In this document: piece after piece, positions 38,667 to 48,983 of the stretch
Numbering within the stretch: position 1 is the stretch's first letter
Layout: the number at the start of each line of letters is the position of its first letter
Assembly (NCBI GenBank): GCA_965248445.1
Contig: CBDFJG010000004.1
Location: 1,664,001 to 1,728,000 of the forward strand
DNA length: 64,000 bases
Direction of reading: 5' to 3'
Origin: Planctomycetota bacterium
GTDB taxonomy: Bacteria; Planctomycetota; JAJSAM01; JAJVHW01
Notes under the pieces: model-generated
Database searches by the model: none
Seen by the model: only the letters and a program-made list of their open reading frames with translations
Told to the model about the DNA's origin: nothing
Translations under genes and position numbers: made by a program

Positions 38667-40277
38667 ATGAGCCGACCGGACCCGTCTCACGAACCAACCT
38701 CGTCACCCGACGACGCAGGCGCAGATCTGCTCGCCCACCTGCTCGGGCAACTCGAGCCCGAACGCGCGGCCGACCTCGAACGGCGGCTCGGAGCCTCCGC
38801 GGGACTGCGTGAGGAGCGCGACCGACTGGCCGCCGATCTCGCGGCGTACCGCGCCGGAGGAACAACGCCGCCACCGTCCGCATCCGGACTCGCCAACCTG
38901 CTCGCAGAGATCGAGGACGAGGCCGCGGAGCGGCGCGCAGATCACGCTGTCGCCAGGTCGGCGCTCCCTCCTGACGTCGGTGCAACCGTCGTGGCGCACG
39001 CACTCGGCCAGCTCCGGGGGGAGTCCGCGAAGGAAGCCGAGCGCATCGTCGCAGAGAACCCGGAGGCGACAGCCGAGGTCGCACTCGTCGGCCGTCTTGT
39101 CGCCGCAACGCGCAAGGCGTACTCCGTGCGACCGTCCGAGGAGACGGACAGAGCCGTACTCGCCGCGTTCGTGAACAGAACGGCGGCCCACGGTGCGACC
39201 GGACTGCACGACGTCCCGGCGCCCGAGAGCCGCCCGCAGCGTGGTGGCCACCTGGTCCAGATGATCGTCCCTGCGCTCATCGCCGCGGCAGCGCTCGTCG
39301 TCCTGTCGCTGATCCCGATGGACGGCACCCCGTCACACGTCACGACCGGGGCACTGCTGCACTACCCGCAGATCGGTTCCCCCGCCACTGTCGTGGACTC
39401 GGACAACGGCGGCTTCGAGTTCGAGGTCGACCACGTGATCGCCGCCGAGCGCGAGGCGGTCACCGTGCACGTCGCGTGCACAGAGAAGGCGGAGGCCGCC
39501 GCGACCGGCGCCCCGGTCGCCGGCACTGCCGCGTTCACGTTGGAGCCAGGCGCGCGCTTGCGTCGCGTCGATGCGTCCGTGTTCGCGCTGCTGGCGGGCC
39601 GCGTCCACGTGGAGGCCGTCGACCTCAAGGACCAACTCGAGATCGGCGCGGGAAACCTCTTCGCGGCGGTTCGCGGTACGCGCTTCGACGTCCTGCGCGT
39701 CGATGACCGACTCGTGGCCATCGTGCTCGACGGGACGGTGGAGTTGGGCCGCCGAGGCACCGACCCCAAGTCCTTGGAACTCGGCTCCGGCGAGCAGGGC
39801 CTTGTGGACGCAACCCGCCTCCTGCGAGCAACGAGCGGATCGGACCCGTCGTCGCTCGCGTTCCTGACGCCCCGCGCATCGCTCCAGACGGCCGTGGCAG
39901 CGACCGTTCTCCCGGCGCCGGTGATCCTCGCGGCCCGCTTGGAGGCCGGCCTGGGTGGGACCGTGCGGATTCCGGCGTTCGACCCGTCCCAGCCGCTGTT
40001 CGTCGTGCGTCTAACGGGACCGGACGGACGCGTGAAGGAAGTGAAATTGCAGGACTCGATGATCACGAGCGCGAAGCCCGTCCCGGCCGCCGACGGAACG
40101 TGGTCCCTGGAGGAGGGAACGCCCTACGTCCTCGCTCTCGCGATTCCGAGCGACGGTCTCTATCCGGGCGAGTGGACGGCCACTCTGCGCTACATGTCCT
40201 ACCGGGCGAACGCCAGCGGCGGCGAGTGGCTCGGCGTCGTGGAGAGTGAGCCCTGGCCCGTCGAGGTCTCCGAGTGA
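38667..40277 (+). CDS. Anti-sigma factor with TM helix and FecR-like domain
   Basis: Follows the ECF gene; LLAHLLGQLEPE anti-sigma-like N-terminus; TM IVPALIAAAALVVLSLI; FecR-like AAVRGTRFDV. Confidence 0.8.
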   Translation: MSRPDPSHEPTSSPDDAGADLLAHLLGQLEPERAADLERRLGASAGLREERDRLAADLAAYRAGGTTPPPSASGLANLLAEIEDEAAERRADHAVARSALPPDVGATVVAHALGQLRGESAKEAERIVAENPEATAEVALVGRLVAATRKAYSVRPSEETDRAVLAAFVNRTAAHGATGLHDVPAPESRPQRGGHLVQMIVPALIAAAALVVLSLIPMDGTPSHVTTGALLHYPQIGSPATVVDSDNGGFEFEVDHVIAAEREAVTVHVACTEKAEAAATGAPVAGTAAFTLEPGARLRRVDASVFALLAGRVHVEAVDLKDQLEIGAGNLFAAVRGTRFDVLRVDDRLVAIVLDGTVELGRRGTDPKSLELGSGEQGLVDATRLLRATSGSDPSSLAFLTPRASLQTAVAATVLPAPVILAARLEAGLGGTVRIPAFDPSQPLFVVRLTGPDGRVKEVKLQDSMITSAKPVPAADGTWSLEEGTPYVLALAIPSDGLYPGEWTATLRYMSYRANASGGEWLGVVESEPWPVEVSE

Positions 40278-42601
40278 TGAGTGATCCCGTCAGGTCCGGT
40301 GATCCCGTCAGGTCAGGGGATGCCAACGATCGCGCGGCCCGCGCCGCCGCCCTGCGTCCCGTCCACGCGCTCCTCGACGCGGTCCGCGCCCGCCTGCGGC
40401 GCCGGCACGTCCTGCGCGCGCTCGGGATCATGGCGGCCGCCGTCTGCGCCGTTCTCGTGCTCTCGTTCCTCATGGACTGGCTGCTGGAGCTGCCGCTCGC
40501 GGTCCGCGCCGTCCACCTTGCCATCGTGGCGATCGCGCTGTCCGGCCTCGCCGCCGCCGCGCTCGCGCCGCTCCGTCGCAAGGTGCCCGAGTCCGACGTC
40601 GCGCAAGCGGTCGAGGACATCCGCCCGGGACTCCAGGACCGGCTCGCATCCGCGCTCGACTTCGAGAGGCGGCTCGACGATGCGGACGAACCCGAATCCC
40701 ACCAGCTCATGCAGCGCGTCGTGCAGGCGGCTGCAGCCGACGCACAGAAGCTCCGTCCGCAGGCGCTCGTCACCATGCGGCGCGCACGTCCCGCGCTGCT
40801 GGCCGGGCTCGCGGGCGTCGGCATCCTCGGCATCACGGCCCTCGCCGCGGGCGACGCGTTCTCGCTCTGGCTGTCGCGCGGTCTTCTATTGCGCGACATC
40901 CAGTGGCCACGACGCACACGCATGCTTGTGCTCGACTTCCCTTCTTCTGGTGAGAAGACGATCACACGGGGAGACGATCTGCGCGTCGTCGCGCGCGCCG
41001 AGGGCGCCCATCCGCGCGAGGTCATCCTCCACTTCGAGGCGCTCGAGTTCGGCGCCGAGGGCGGCGACGCGCGGGTCACCGACGTCGACACGCGCAACAT
41101 GCACCCTCTGGTGACCGAAGAGGGTGACACCGGGGACTTCGCGCTCGACTTCCGCTCCGTCCCCGGCTCGTTCCGTTTCTGGGTGACTGGGGGCGACGAC
41201 GACGATCGCGATCCCGAGTACGTCGTGCGCGCAGCCATCCCGCCGCGCATCGCGTCGATCGCCGCCGAGATCACGTATCCCGAGCACACGAACCGGGCGC
41301 CCGAGGTGTTCCGCGAGGCGTCGTTCGAGGTGATCGAGGGCTCGCGTGTCGTCCTGGACCTCGCGTCGAGTATGCCCCTCTCCGCCGCGCGCATGCTGCC
41401 CGAAGGAAGTGAGTCGCGCGACCTGCCGCTCTCGGAGGGCGGAGCACGGCTGCGTATCGATCTCGGCAAGGTGAACGACGACCTCGACTTCAAGCTGGAT
41501 CTCACCGCCGAGTCGGGGCAGCGCAACCGTCCCGGCGAAGACCGCTTCCTGATTCGCGCGGTAACCGACGACCCGCCGGACCTGCGCGTCCTGCACCCGC
41601 TCAGCCGCATCTACCGCACGCCCACCTCGGTCCTCCCGGTCAAGCTCGCGGTCACCGACGACTTCGGCATCACGGACATCTCGATCGCCGTGCAGGCCGA
41701 GGGCAAGGCGCGCCTCGGTCGTTCGCTGCTTCCCGCCGACGCCGGCATCGCGACACAGCACGACATCTACGCGCCGCTCGAGATCTCCGTCCTCGGAACC
41801 GCTGACACGCCGGTCCGCCCGGGCGATCTGCTGACGCTGCTGGTCTTCGCTCGCGACAACGCGGGACAGGAATCGGAGGCGCCCGAGATCTCGATCGAAG
41901 TGCTCTCGCGCGAGGAGCTCGAGCGCCGGCTCGGACAGCGGCAGGTCGGCCTGCGCGACCAGTTGCTCCAGGTGCGAACGCACCAGAGACGCGCACTGGA
42001 CGAGCTGAGGACGCTGGCGAGCGACGTTGAGAAGGGCGACCGCGGCTCGGCGGAAGTTGGCCGCGCACGCGACCTGCAGGTCGAGCAGGGCCGGGTGACG
42101 GGCAACCTGGAGCGCTTCCTCGACGGCATCCACCGCGTCTTGGACGCGTACGTCCTGAACCGTCTCGGGAGCGGCCCAACGGTCGACCGGATGCTGCCGA
42201 TGTATCACCGCGCACTATCTGGACCGCTCGATGACAACGGCAACGTGTTCCCCCGCGCCCTGTACCGCGAGGTCGTGGACGAGAAGCGCGCCGGACGCCT
42301 CTACGACCCCGAGGTGCTCGGCACGCTGCTCGACATCATGGATCTCGCTGACACCGCGGTCCTCGACCTGTCGCCGGGAGTGCACGAGTCGCTGCGCACC
42401 TGGGCGGCGGCGCCCGTGGACAACGCCGACCAGATGCCCACGGCGCTCGCGCGCGCGGAAGACCTGGCGCGCAAGCTCGAAGAACTGGAGCGCCGGATGG
42501 ACCGATGGGAAGACCTCGCCGAGATCATCGAACTGGCGCGCGAGATCCGCGACCGGCAGGGCGACATCTCCCGGCCGTACCAGCCTGAAGACGACAAGTG
42601 A
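40274..42601 (+). CDS. Membrane protein, DUF4175-like N-terminus (3 TM + Ig-like + coiled coil)
   Basis: LLDAVRARLRRR, DWLLELP, LQDRLASALDF, WPRRT, DDFGI. Confidence 0.75.
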   Translation: MMSDPVRSGDPVRSGDANDRAARAAALRPVHALLDAVRARLRRRHVLRALGIMAAAVCAVLVLSFLMDWLLELPLAVRAVHLAIVAIALSGLAAAALAPLRRKVPESDVAQAVEDIRPGLQDRLASALDFERRLDDADEPESHQLMQRVVQAAAADAQKLRPQALVTMRRARPALLAGLAGVGILGITALAAGDAFSLWLSRGLLLRDIQWPRRTRMLVLDFPSSGEKTITRGDDLRVVARAEGAHPREVILHFEALEFGAEGGDARVTDVDTRNMHPLVTEEGDTGDFALDFRSVPGSFRFWVTGGDDDDRDPEYVVRAAIPPRIASIAAEITYPEHTNRAPEVFREASFEVIEGSRVVLDLASSMPLSAARMLPEGSESRDLPLSEGGARLRIDLGKVNDDLDFKLDLTAESGQRNRPGEDRFLIRAVTDDPPDLRVLHPLSRIYRTPTSVLPVKLAVTDDFGITDISIAVQAEGKARLGRSLLPADAGIATQHDIYAPLEISVLGTADTPVRPGDLLTLLVFARDNAGQESEAPEISIEVLSREELERRLGQRQVGLRDQLLQVRTHQRRALDELRTLASDVEKGDRGSAEVGRARDLQVEQGRVTGNLERFLDGIHRVLDAYVLNRLGSGPTVDRMLPMYHRALSGPLDDNGNVFPRALYREVVDEKRAGRLYDPEVLGTLLDIMDLADTAVLDLSPGVHESLRTWAAAPVDNADQMPTALARAEDLARKLEELERRMDRWEDLAEIIELAREIRDRQGDISRPYQPEDDK

Positions 42602-42650
42602 GCGACGGACGAGACATCTGATGGCGTGCCGAGGCACGCAGGAGGCAGAC

Positions 42651-45600
42651 ATGACGACGACATCCAGGACGCACCGTCCACTCCTCTCAGCCCGGGCTGG
42701 AGGCCTGTTCCTCGCCGCGGCTCTTCTCGTCATGCTCCCCGGCGCGCCGTCGGCGCTCGGTCAGGATCCCGCAGAGGACCAGGAGTCGCGCCGGCGCTCG
42801 GGCGATCAGCAGTCCAATCGCCAGCAGTTCCAGGACCTGAAGGTGCGCATGCGCGCGTTCGCCGAACGGCTTCGCGAGGCCGGGTTCGGCGAGAAGGCCG
42901 ATCTCGTGGACAACGCGCTCAAGCACGCCGACTCGCAGCAGATCGGCGCGAACATGGACACCGTGCGCAAGCTGTTCGAGGACGGCAGCTTCCAGCGCGG
43001 CATCGGACTCGCCGGAACGGTGCGCCAGGACCTCGAGGACCTGGTCGCCATCCTCGAAGAGCGCAACACACTCGACGACCTGCAGAGGCGACAGGAGGAG
43101 ATCGCAGCAGCGCGCGAGGCCATCGCGCAGGCGCTGGCCGAGCAACAGCGGATCCGCAAGGACACCGAGAAGGTCCGCGACCGCTCACAAGTGGACGATG
43201 CCGTGCGCGATCTCGATCGCGACATCGAAGAACTGCAGCGTCAGCAGGCCGCTCTGGATGCCGAGCTCGGAGACACCGCCGGGGACGAGCGCCAGAGGGC
43301 GCAGGACAACGCCGAGGCACTCGAACAGCTAGCGCAAGAGCAGCGGGCCCTCGCCGAGAACACGGCGTCGGCGAGCAGCGAGGTCCAGCCGGACCTGGCA
43401 CAGCTGGCGCAGGAGGCACGGGAGCTCGCAGCGCAGGAACGCGCCGCGCGACGCAGCATCGATCCGTTGCGCGCCGCCGAAGAGGCCGCGCGGCGGCTCC
43501 AGGAGCTCGCGAGGCGCGCCGCCGGGGCGAGCGAACAGATGGAGTCGGTGAATTCGGAGTCACTCGAGAGCGCGCGCACGACCGAGTCGGCCGCGCGCCA
43601 GGCAGCACGCGAGCTCTCGAAGACGAACCCGGCGAGGGACGGCTCGGCACAGGAGTTCGGCGAGCAGGCCGATCGCCTGGAGCGCGAAGCGCAGGCCGCG
43701 CGACGGGACGCCGAGGATGCCAAGGCCGCGGGAGACGATGCCGAAGCCGCCGCGCGCAGCGCTGCGGCCGAGAGAGCCGCACAGGCGGCCGCCGCCGCAC
43801 GTGAGGCGAAGGCCGCCGCAGAACGCGCTGCGGAAGCGCGCGCGAGCGGTGACCGCGACGCGGCCCGCGAGGCCGAGGCCGCGGCGAACGATGCGAAGGA
43901 CCGCGCAGCGGAAGCCGCGGCACAATTGGCGCGTGCCGCTACGGCAACAGAGTCCGCGAAGACCGCGGAGAGGCTGTCCGGAGAGGAACGACGCACTGGC
44001 CAAGAGGCGGCCGCGACCGCGTCGGCGTTGCGCGAGGCCGCACCGCGATTCGGTTCGGAGGCCGCCGAGAAGGCCGGTGAGAAGGCCGCGGACGCTGCAG
44101 ACGAAGCGGCCGCTGCGCTGGACCGGGCGAGCCGCGAGCTGGACGAGGGCAACGCCGCAGAGGCGCGCCGCCAGGCGGGTGAGGGCCGGGACGCGATGGA
44201 GCGTGCGCGGGACGCCGCAAACGAAGCGGTGCGCGCGGCGCAGCAGTCCGCGAACGCCGCAGCCGCGCAGCAGGAAGCCGTCGCCGCGAAGGCCGAGCAG
44301 TTCGCGCAGCGCGCGGACGAAGCCGCGAAGGCCGCCGGACTGTCGGAGAGCGGCGAGCAGAACAAGGAGCGTCAGGCCGCCGCCCAGCGCGGAGCACAGG
44401 CAGCGCGCGAAGCGGCCGAAGCCGCGCGTCAAGCCGCGGAGTCGTTGCGCCAGGCAGCGCAGGCCGCGGGCAGCCCCGAGGCCTCATCGGAGTCCGCGCA
44501 GAAGGCGCAGGCCCAGCAGGCCGCGGAGCAAGCGGCTGCCGCAGAGACTGCCATGGAGCGCGCCGCGCAGGAGTTCGCCGAGGCCTCGGGCCAGAGTGAA
44601 GTCGCTCGGAGCATGACCACGCCGCAACAGGATCTCGCCCGCAGAGCCGGTGAGATGTCGGAGCGTGTGCCCGAGGGCGAGGCGCGCGAGAAGCTCGACG
44701 AGGCGCGCCGTTCGATGAACGAGGCAGCGCAGCGCGCGAGTCAGGGACGCGCGGAAGAGGCCACAGCGGCCGCAGAGCGCGCGGCCGAGCAACTCGAACA
44801 GGCCGCACAAGCCGAGGCCGCAAGGCGAGACGCTGCCGCGGAGCGCGAGACCGAAACCGCCAAGGAACTCGCCGAGCGCCAGAAGGAGCTCGAGGAACAG
44901 GCCAAGGTTCTGGCGGAGAAGATGCGCCAGCGCGCGGAGGAACTGGAACAGACCGGTGAGGACAGCGCCGCGGCGCGTGCGCGCTCCGCTGCCGAGAACA
45001 CGGAGAGCGCATCGGAAGAGATGCAGAAGGCGCGCGAGAGCGCGCAGGCCGGCGAGACGCAGAGAGCCGGCGAGCAGCGTCATCAGGCGCAGGCGCAACT
45101 CGAAGAGGCCCGCGAGTCGTTGCGCGACCCGGAACTGGAAGCGGATGCGCGTGAGCGTCTGAAGGAACTCAAGGAAGAGCAGGACGAGCTCTCCGAGAAG
45201 GCCAAGGACATGGCGCAACAGATGCAGCAGAGCGCCGCGCAGAGCGGTGCGGAGAGCATGGAACGCGCATCGCAGGAGATGGACAACGCCGAGAACCAGA
45301 TGGAGGAGAACGACCCCGAGGAGGCGACGCAGGAGCAGGAGGATGCGGAGCGCTACCTCGAGATGGCCGACGCCGCACTCCAGGAGGATCAGGAGCGCTA
45401 CAACCAGCTGCAGGCGCAGGAGGCGCTGTACCGCCTCGAGCAAGAGCTCGCCCGCGCCCGCGAACTGCAGGAGGACATCCTCAAGCGCACGGAGGACATG
45501 TGGCGCGACCGCGGCGAGGAGGACTCGTTCGCGCGCCACCAGCGGGTCAAGCTGACCAAGCTGTCGGGCGAACAGGAGGAGCTGTCCACGCACCTCGATC

Positions 45601-46148
45601 CGATCGTCGAAGCGATCGAACAGGAGGACTCGGCGGTGTTCGCGCCGATCCTGCGCGGTTGCAAGGACGACATGCTCGAGTCATCCCGCCGGCTGCGCCG
45701 CAAGGAGCCAGGCGAGATCTGCCAGGGCATTCAGCGCGACGTCATCGCGCGCCTGGCTGAGTTGCAGGAAGTGTTCCGCGAGGAGCGCGAGCGTCAGAAC
45801 GAGCAGCAACAGCAGCAACAGGGACAACCGCCTCCACAGCAGCAGGGCGATCAGCCGATCGTGGCCCCGGTGGCCGAACTCCGCGCCCTCAAGCGCATGC
45901 AGGAGGCCATCACCCGCAAGCTGGAGACGCTGCGAGCCGAGAGTCTGCCTGACGACCCGGTCCAACTGACGCCCCATCAGCGGTCCCGCCTGGAGCGCCT
46001 CGCGCACCAGCAGGGTACGATCAGGACGATGTGGCGCGACCTCGCGCGCCGTATCGGCCTCGGGGAGGAGATCTTCGAGGAACCGGTCGCCGGAGAGGAT
46101 GGCGCCGGGGGTGAAGGCACCGACAGTGGCGAAGAGGAGACGAGGTGA
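42651..46148 (+). CDS. Very large exported Ala/Glu/Gln-rich coiled-coil protein
   Basis: AGGAGG before ATG 42651; signal peptide (ALG-QD); ~1165 aa with Q..LA heptad-like repeats. Confidence 0.8.
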   Translation: MTTTSRTHRPLLSARAGGLFLAAALLVMLPGAPSALGQDPAEDQESRRRSGDQQSNRQQFQDLKVRMRAFAERLREAGFGEKADLVDNALKHADSQQIGANMDTVRKLFEDGSFQRGIGLAGTVRQDLEDLVAILEERNTLDDLQRRQEEIAAAREAIAQALAEQQRIRKDTEKVRDRSQVDDAVRDLDRDIEELQRQQAALDAELGDTAGDERQRAQDNAEALEQLAQEQRALAENTASASSEVQPDLAQLAQEARELAAQERAARRSIDPLRAAEEAARRLQELARRAAGASEQMESVNSESLESARTTESAARQAARELSKTNPARDGSAQEFGEQADRLEREAQAARRDAEDAKAAGDDAEAAARSAAAERAAQAAAAAREAKAAAERAAEARASGDRDAAREAEAAANDAKDRAAEAAAQLARAATATESAKTAERLSGEERRTGQEAAATASALREAAPRFGSEAAEKAGEKAADAADEAAAALDRASRELDEGNAAEARRQAGEGRDAMERARDAANEAVRAAQQSANAAAAQQEAVAAKAEQFAQRADEAAKAAGLSESGEQNKERQAAAQRGAQAAREAAEAARQAAESLRQAAQAAGSPEASSESAQKAQAQQAAEQAAAAETAMERAAQEFAEASGQSEVARSMTTPQQDLARRAGEMSERVPEGEAREKLDEARRSMNEAAQRASQGRAEEATAAAERAAEQLEQAAQAEAARRDAAAERETETAKELAERQKELEEQAKVLAEKMRQRAEELEQTGEDSAAARARSAAENTESASEEMQKARESAQAGETQRAGEQRHQAQAQLEEARESLRDPELEADARERLKELKEEQDELSEKAKDMAQQMQQSAAQSGAESMERASQEMDNAENQMEENDPEEATQEQEDAERYLEMADAALQEDQERYNQLQAQEALYRLEQELARARELQEDILKRTEDMWRDRGEEDSFARHQRVKLTKLSGEQEELSTHLDPIVEAIEQEDSAVFAPILRGCKDDMLESSRRLRRKEPGEICQGIQRDVIARLAELQEVFREERERQNEQQQQQQGQPPPQQQGDQPIVAPVAELRALKRMQEAITRKLETLRAESLPDDPVQLTPHQRSRLERLAHQQGTIRTMWRDLARRIGLGEEIFEEPVAGEDGAGGEGTDSGEEETR

Positions 46149-46999
46149 TCATGACGACCACGACGAAGAACCGCCTGTTCGCTCTCGCACTCGCTGTGAC
46201 GCTGTTCCTCGGTGCGCCGTCCCTCAGCACTGGCACCCGCGCGTTTGCCCAGGAGGCGGGCGAGGGCGGTCCCCCGAGTCAGGAAGAGATCATCAAGAAG
46301 GTGCAGGAGATCGAGAAGCTGATGCGCGGGGCGGAGGAAGCGCTCGCGCGCTCCACGCATTCGCGGCGCGCCCGCGCGGACTCCGAGAAGACCGCTGCGG
46401 AGATCGAGAAGCTGATCAACGAGCAGGCGCAGGCGCAGTCAGGCAAGTCCGCTGATCAGTTGCGGCAGGAGGCGGCCGCCGGATCCGAGGAAGCGCGTAA
46501 GCAGATCGAGCAGATGACGAAGGACGCCACCGCCAAGATCCAGAAACTCATGGAGTCCGCAGGCGGCAGCGCCGGCGGAGCTGCCGACGGCGTGCGTAAG
46601 TTGCTGGAGAAGACGAAGAGCCAGGGCGAGCAGGCGGCGGCCGGGATCGAGTGGATCCTGCGCCAGGCCGGTTCGTCCGGCCGCTCGGGCGGTCAGGGCA
46701 AGCACCAGCCGCGCCCCGAGGACAGCGAGCCGCAAGGCAAGAAGCCCGGGCAGGACGATCCGGAGGGTGAGAAGCCTGACGATCCGAAGGAGGACGAGGA
46801 CGACCCGAACGGCGACCGTCCGGAGAGTGACGTCGAGCCACCGAAGAGTCCCGAGTTCGAGAAGTGGTACGCCGCGCTGCCGCCGCAGGTGCGCAAGGCG
46901 TACGAGTCCGAGGACTGGAACGCCATCCCGGTGCAGTGGCGAGGAATGCTGCGCGCCTGGACGAAGCTCTTCAACGATCTGGAGAAGGACCGCCGCTGA
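46145..46999 (+). CDS. Exported helical hypothetical protein
   Basis: Signal peptide (AFA-QE), coiled coil, acidic linker, C-terminal WYAALPPQVR...IPVQW. Confidence 0.75.
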   Translation: MIMTTTTKNRLFALALAVTLFLGAPSLSTGTRAFAQEAGEGGPPSQEEIIKKVQEIEKLMRGAEEALARSTHSRRARADSEKTAAEIEKLINEQAQAQSGKSADQLRQEAAAGSEEARKQIEQMTKDATAKIQKLMESAGGSAGGAADGVRKLLEKTKSQGEQAAAGIEWILRQAGSSGRSGGQGKHQPRPEDSEPQGKKPGQDDPEGEKPDDPKEDEDDPNGDRPESDVEPPKSPEFEKWYAALPPQVRKAYESEDWNAIPVQWRGMLRAWTKLFNDLEKDRR

Positions 47000-47003
47000 C
47001 GTC

Positions 47004-48242
47004 ATGACCTCCCGCCGCCGACTGATCGTGCTCACGGCAGCACTCGCGATCGCCGCTACGGCCTGGCCGGGCGACGGCGCCCAGGCGCTCGACCGAGAGG
47101 AGAGCTCGCGTCCTCCGGCCATCACCGCCATGACGCGCAGACAGCAGCGCGGCATCGAGGATTCGCTGAACTGGCTCGCAACGCACCAGCAGCCGGGCGG
47201 CGCGTGGGGCGACAAGAACGCCACGCGCGTGGCCGACACATCGCTGGCCGTGCTCGCTCTGATGGCAGGCGGCAGTTCGGTCCACGCCGGGCGCCGGATC
47301 CGCAGCGGCTCGGACGACCGCACCACGTCCGTCGGGGAGCCGCAGTTGCGGGGCGAACACGCCCGCGCTGTGCAGGAGGGGCTGCGCTATCTCGCGCGCC
47401 TCGCGTGGTCCCGCGAAAAGGGCAAAGTGCCCGGGTACATCCACGACGACCGCGAGTCAAAGATGCACGGCCACGGATTCGCGACGCTTGCACTCTCGAC
47501 GGCGCTCGGCAACCTCGGCGCACGCCGCATCGAGGAGATCGAGGCGTCGGTCCGTGTGCGGGGTCCGTCGCAACTCTCGTTCGCAGACCAGGTTCGCTAC
47601 GGCGTCGAGAAGGCTGTCCGCCTGATCGAGCGCGCGCAGGATCCCGATTCCGGCGGCTGGATGTACGACCCGTACCCGAACAGCCACGAGGGCTCGATGA
47701 CAATCACGCAGATCCAAGCGCTGCGCGCTGCGCAGGATGCAGGAGTTCGCGTGAACGGAACGGTGATGCAGCGCGCATACGACTACGTGCGGGCGTCTCA
47801 GAACCTGACCGACCGAGAGTTGTACGGCGGCTTCGCGTACCAGAAGACGCAACTCTCCCGCGTCTCGTACGCGCTCACCGGCGCTGCGCTGACCACGTTC
47901 TTCGGTCTCGGGCGGTACGGCGACAACAAGGAAGACCGCCAGCTGATCGAGCGCGGCATGGCGTTCCTCGATCGCAAGATGCGCGACGGCGTCAGCGCGA
48001 ACCGCCAGTGGTTCTACTACGGAGCGTTCTACGGTGTTCAGGCGGTGTACCAGGAGCAGGACCGCCGCAGACTCTCCCGACACTGGCCGGAGATCCGCGA
48101 CACCGTGCTGAGCCTGCAGGGCGCCAACGGCTCGTTCCATCCCACGGGACCCGACGGCCGCAGCGTCGAATACTCGACCGCCATGGGCGCCCTGATCCTG
48201 CAGGTCCCGCTGGAGACGTTGCCGATCTTCCAACGCCGCTAG
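47004..48242 (+). CDS. Prenyltransferase/squalene-oxidase repeat protein, paralogue 2
   Basis: QQPGGAW, QDPDSGGWMY, QGANGSF; MHGHGFATLAL; signal peptide; ends LPIFQRR. Confidence 0.88.
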   Translation: MTSRRRLIVLTAALAIAATAWPGDGAQALDREESSRPPAITAMTRRQQRGIEDSLNWLATHQQPGGAWGDKNATRVADTSLAVLALMAGGSSVHAGRRIRSGSDDRTTSVGEPQLRGEHARAVQEGLRYLARLAWSREKGKVPGYIHDDRESKMHGHGFATLALSTALGNLGARRIEEIEASVRVRGPSQLSFADQVRYGVEKAVRLIERAQDPDSGGWMYDPYPNSHEGSMTITQIQALRAAQDAGVRVNGTVMQRAYDYVRASQNLTDRELYGGFAYQKTQLSRVSYALTGAALTTFFGLGRYGDNKEDRQLIERGMAFLDRKMRDGVSANRQWFYYGAFYGVQAVYQEQDRRRLSRHWPEIRDTVLSLQGANGSFHPTGPDGRSVEYSTAMGALILQVPLETLPIFQRR

Positions 48243-48305
48243 CTCACGCCCGTGCGTCACGCGGATCGCGATGCGATCCCCGCGCCGCACGGCGATCGCG
48301 TGTCT

Positions 48306-48338
48306 CCCTCCTACGCGGCCTCCGGCCGCGTAGGAGGG
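48306..48338. terminator. 15-bp perfect hairpin between convergent genes
   Basis: CCCTCCTACGCGGCC-TCC-GGCCGCGTAGGAGGG; no U-tract. Confidence 0.6.
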
Positions 48339-48449
48339 CTGCGTTCACGGCGCTTGCTACGCAACCCCCGCGCCCTCGCGATTCGGACTCTCCCTCGCAA
48401 TCCCTGTAGCGGCGGGCCGCTGCCCCGCCCGCGATCGGACGAGAGGCCC

Positions 48450-48983
48450 CTACTCGCGTCTCGGACTCGGCTTGCGGCTGAGGTCTGCGCGCACGCCGAT
48501 CGCGAAAATCATCGTCTGCACGGCCATCACGACAAGCGCGACCGGGATCAGGCGCTGGCGCGTGAAGGTCGTGCTCTCGAACGCCGCGAGAGTGAATGCG
48601 AACACGCCGAGCATGCCGAGCATGAATGCCCACCGGTAGTACGGCAGGCCCTCACGTCGTCGCACCCTCGCGCCCAGCGTGGACCACATCGCGCCGAGGA
48701 ACCCGAACAGCATTGCGAGGCTGATCGGAATCCACGTCGCGAGTCCGAGGATGCGTTCCGGAGTGATGAACCCGGTCGGGCCGTCGCCGCCGAACATCCC
48801 GAGCGACGCTGCAACCAGGTTTCCGAGAAGCACGATCACGACGACAATCACGATCCAGCCGATCCACGACTTCGGAATGAACGAGAAGTTGAATCCGTTG
48901 CCGCCGCCGGACTTTTTGCCCCGCCCGCGCCCACGTCCGCGACCCCCGCCGTGACCGTCTCCCCCGCCTGCCGTATCCGTCAC
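48450..48983 (-). CDS. Hypothetical membrane protein (~4 TM)
   Basis: Gly-rich N-terminus and four hydrophobic segments; start overlaps the larE stop. Confidence 0.75.
   Translation of the reverse strand: MTDTAGGGDGHGGGRGRGRGRGKKSGGGNGFNFSFIPKSWIGWIVIVVVIVLLGNLVAASLGMFGGDGPTGFITPERILGLATWIPISLAMLFGFLGAMWSTLGARVRRREGLPYYRWAFMLGMLGVFAFTLAAFESTTFTRQRLIPVALVVMAVQTMIFAIGVRADLSRKPSPRRE

Noticed and set aside
42651..46148. SMC, tape-measure or chemoreceptor protein
   Set aside because: No Walker motifs, no phage context and no MCP signature; it has a signal peptide and sits in the vWA cluster.
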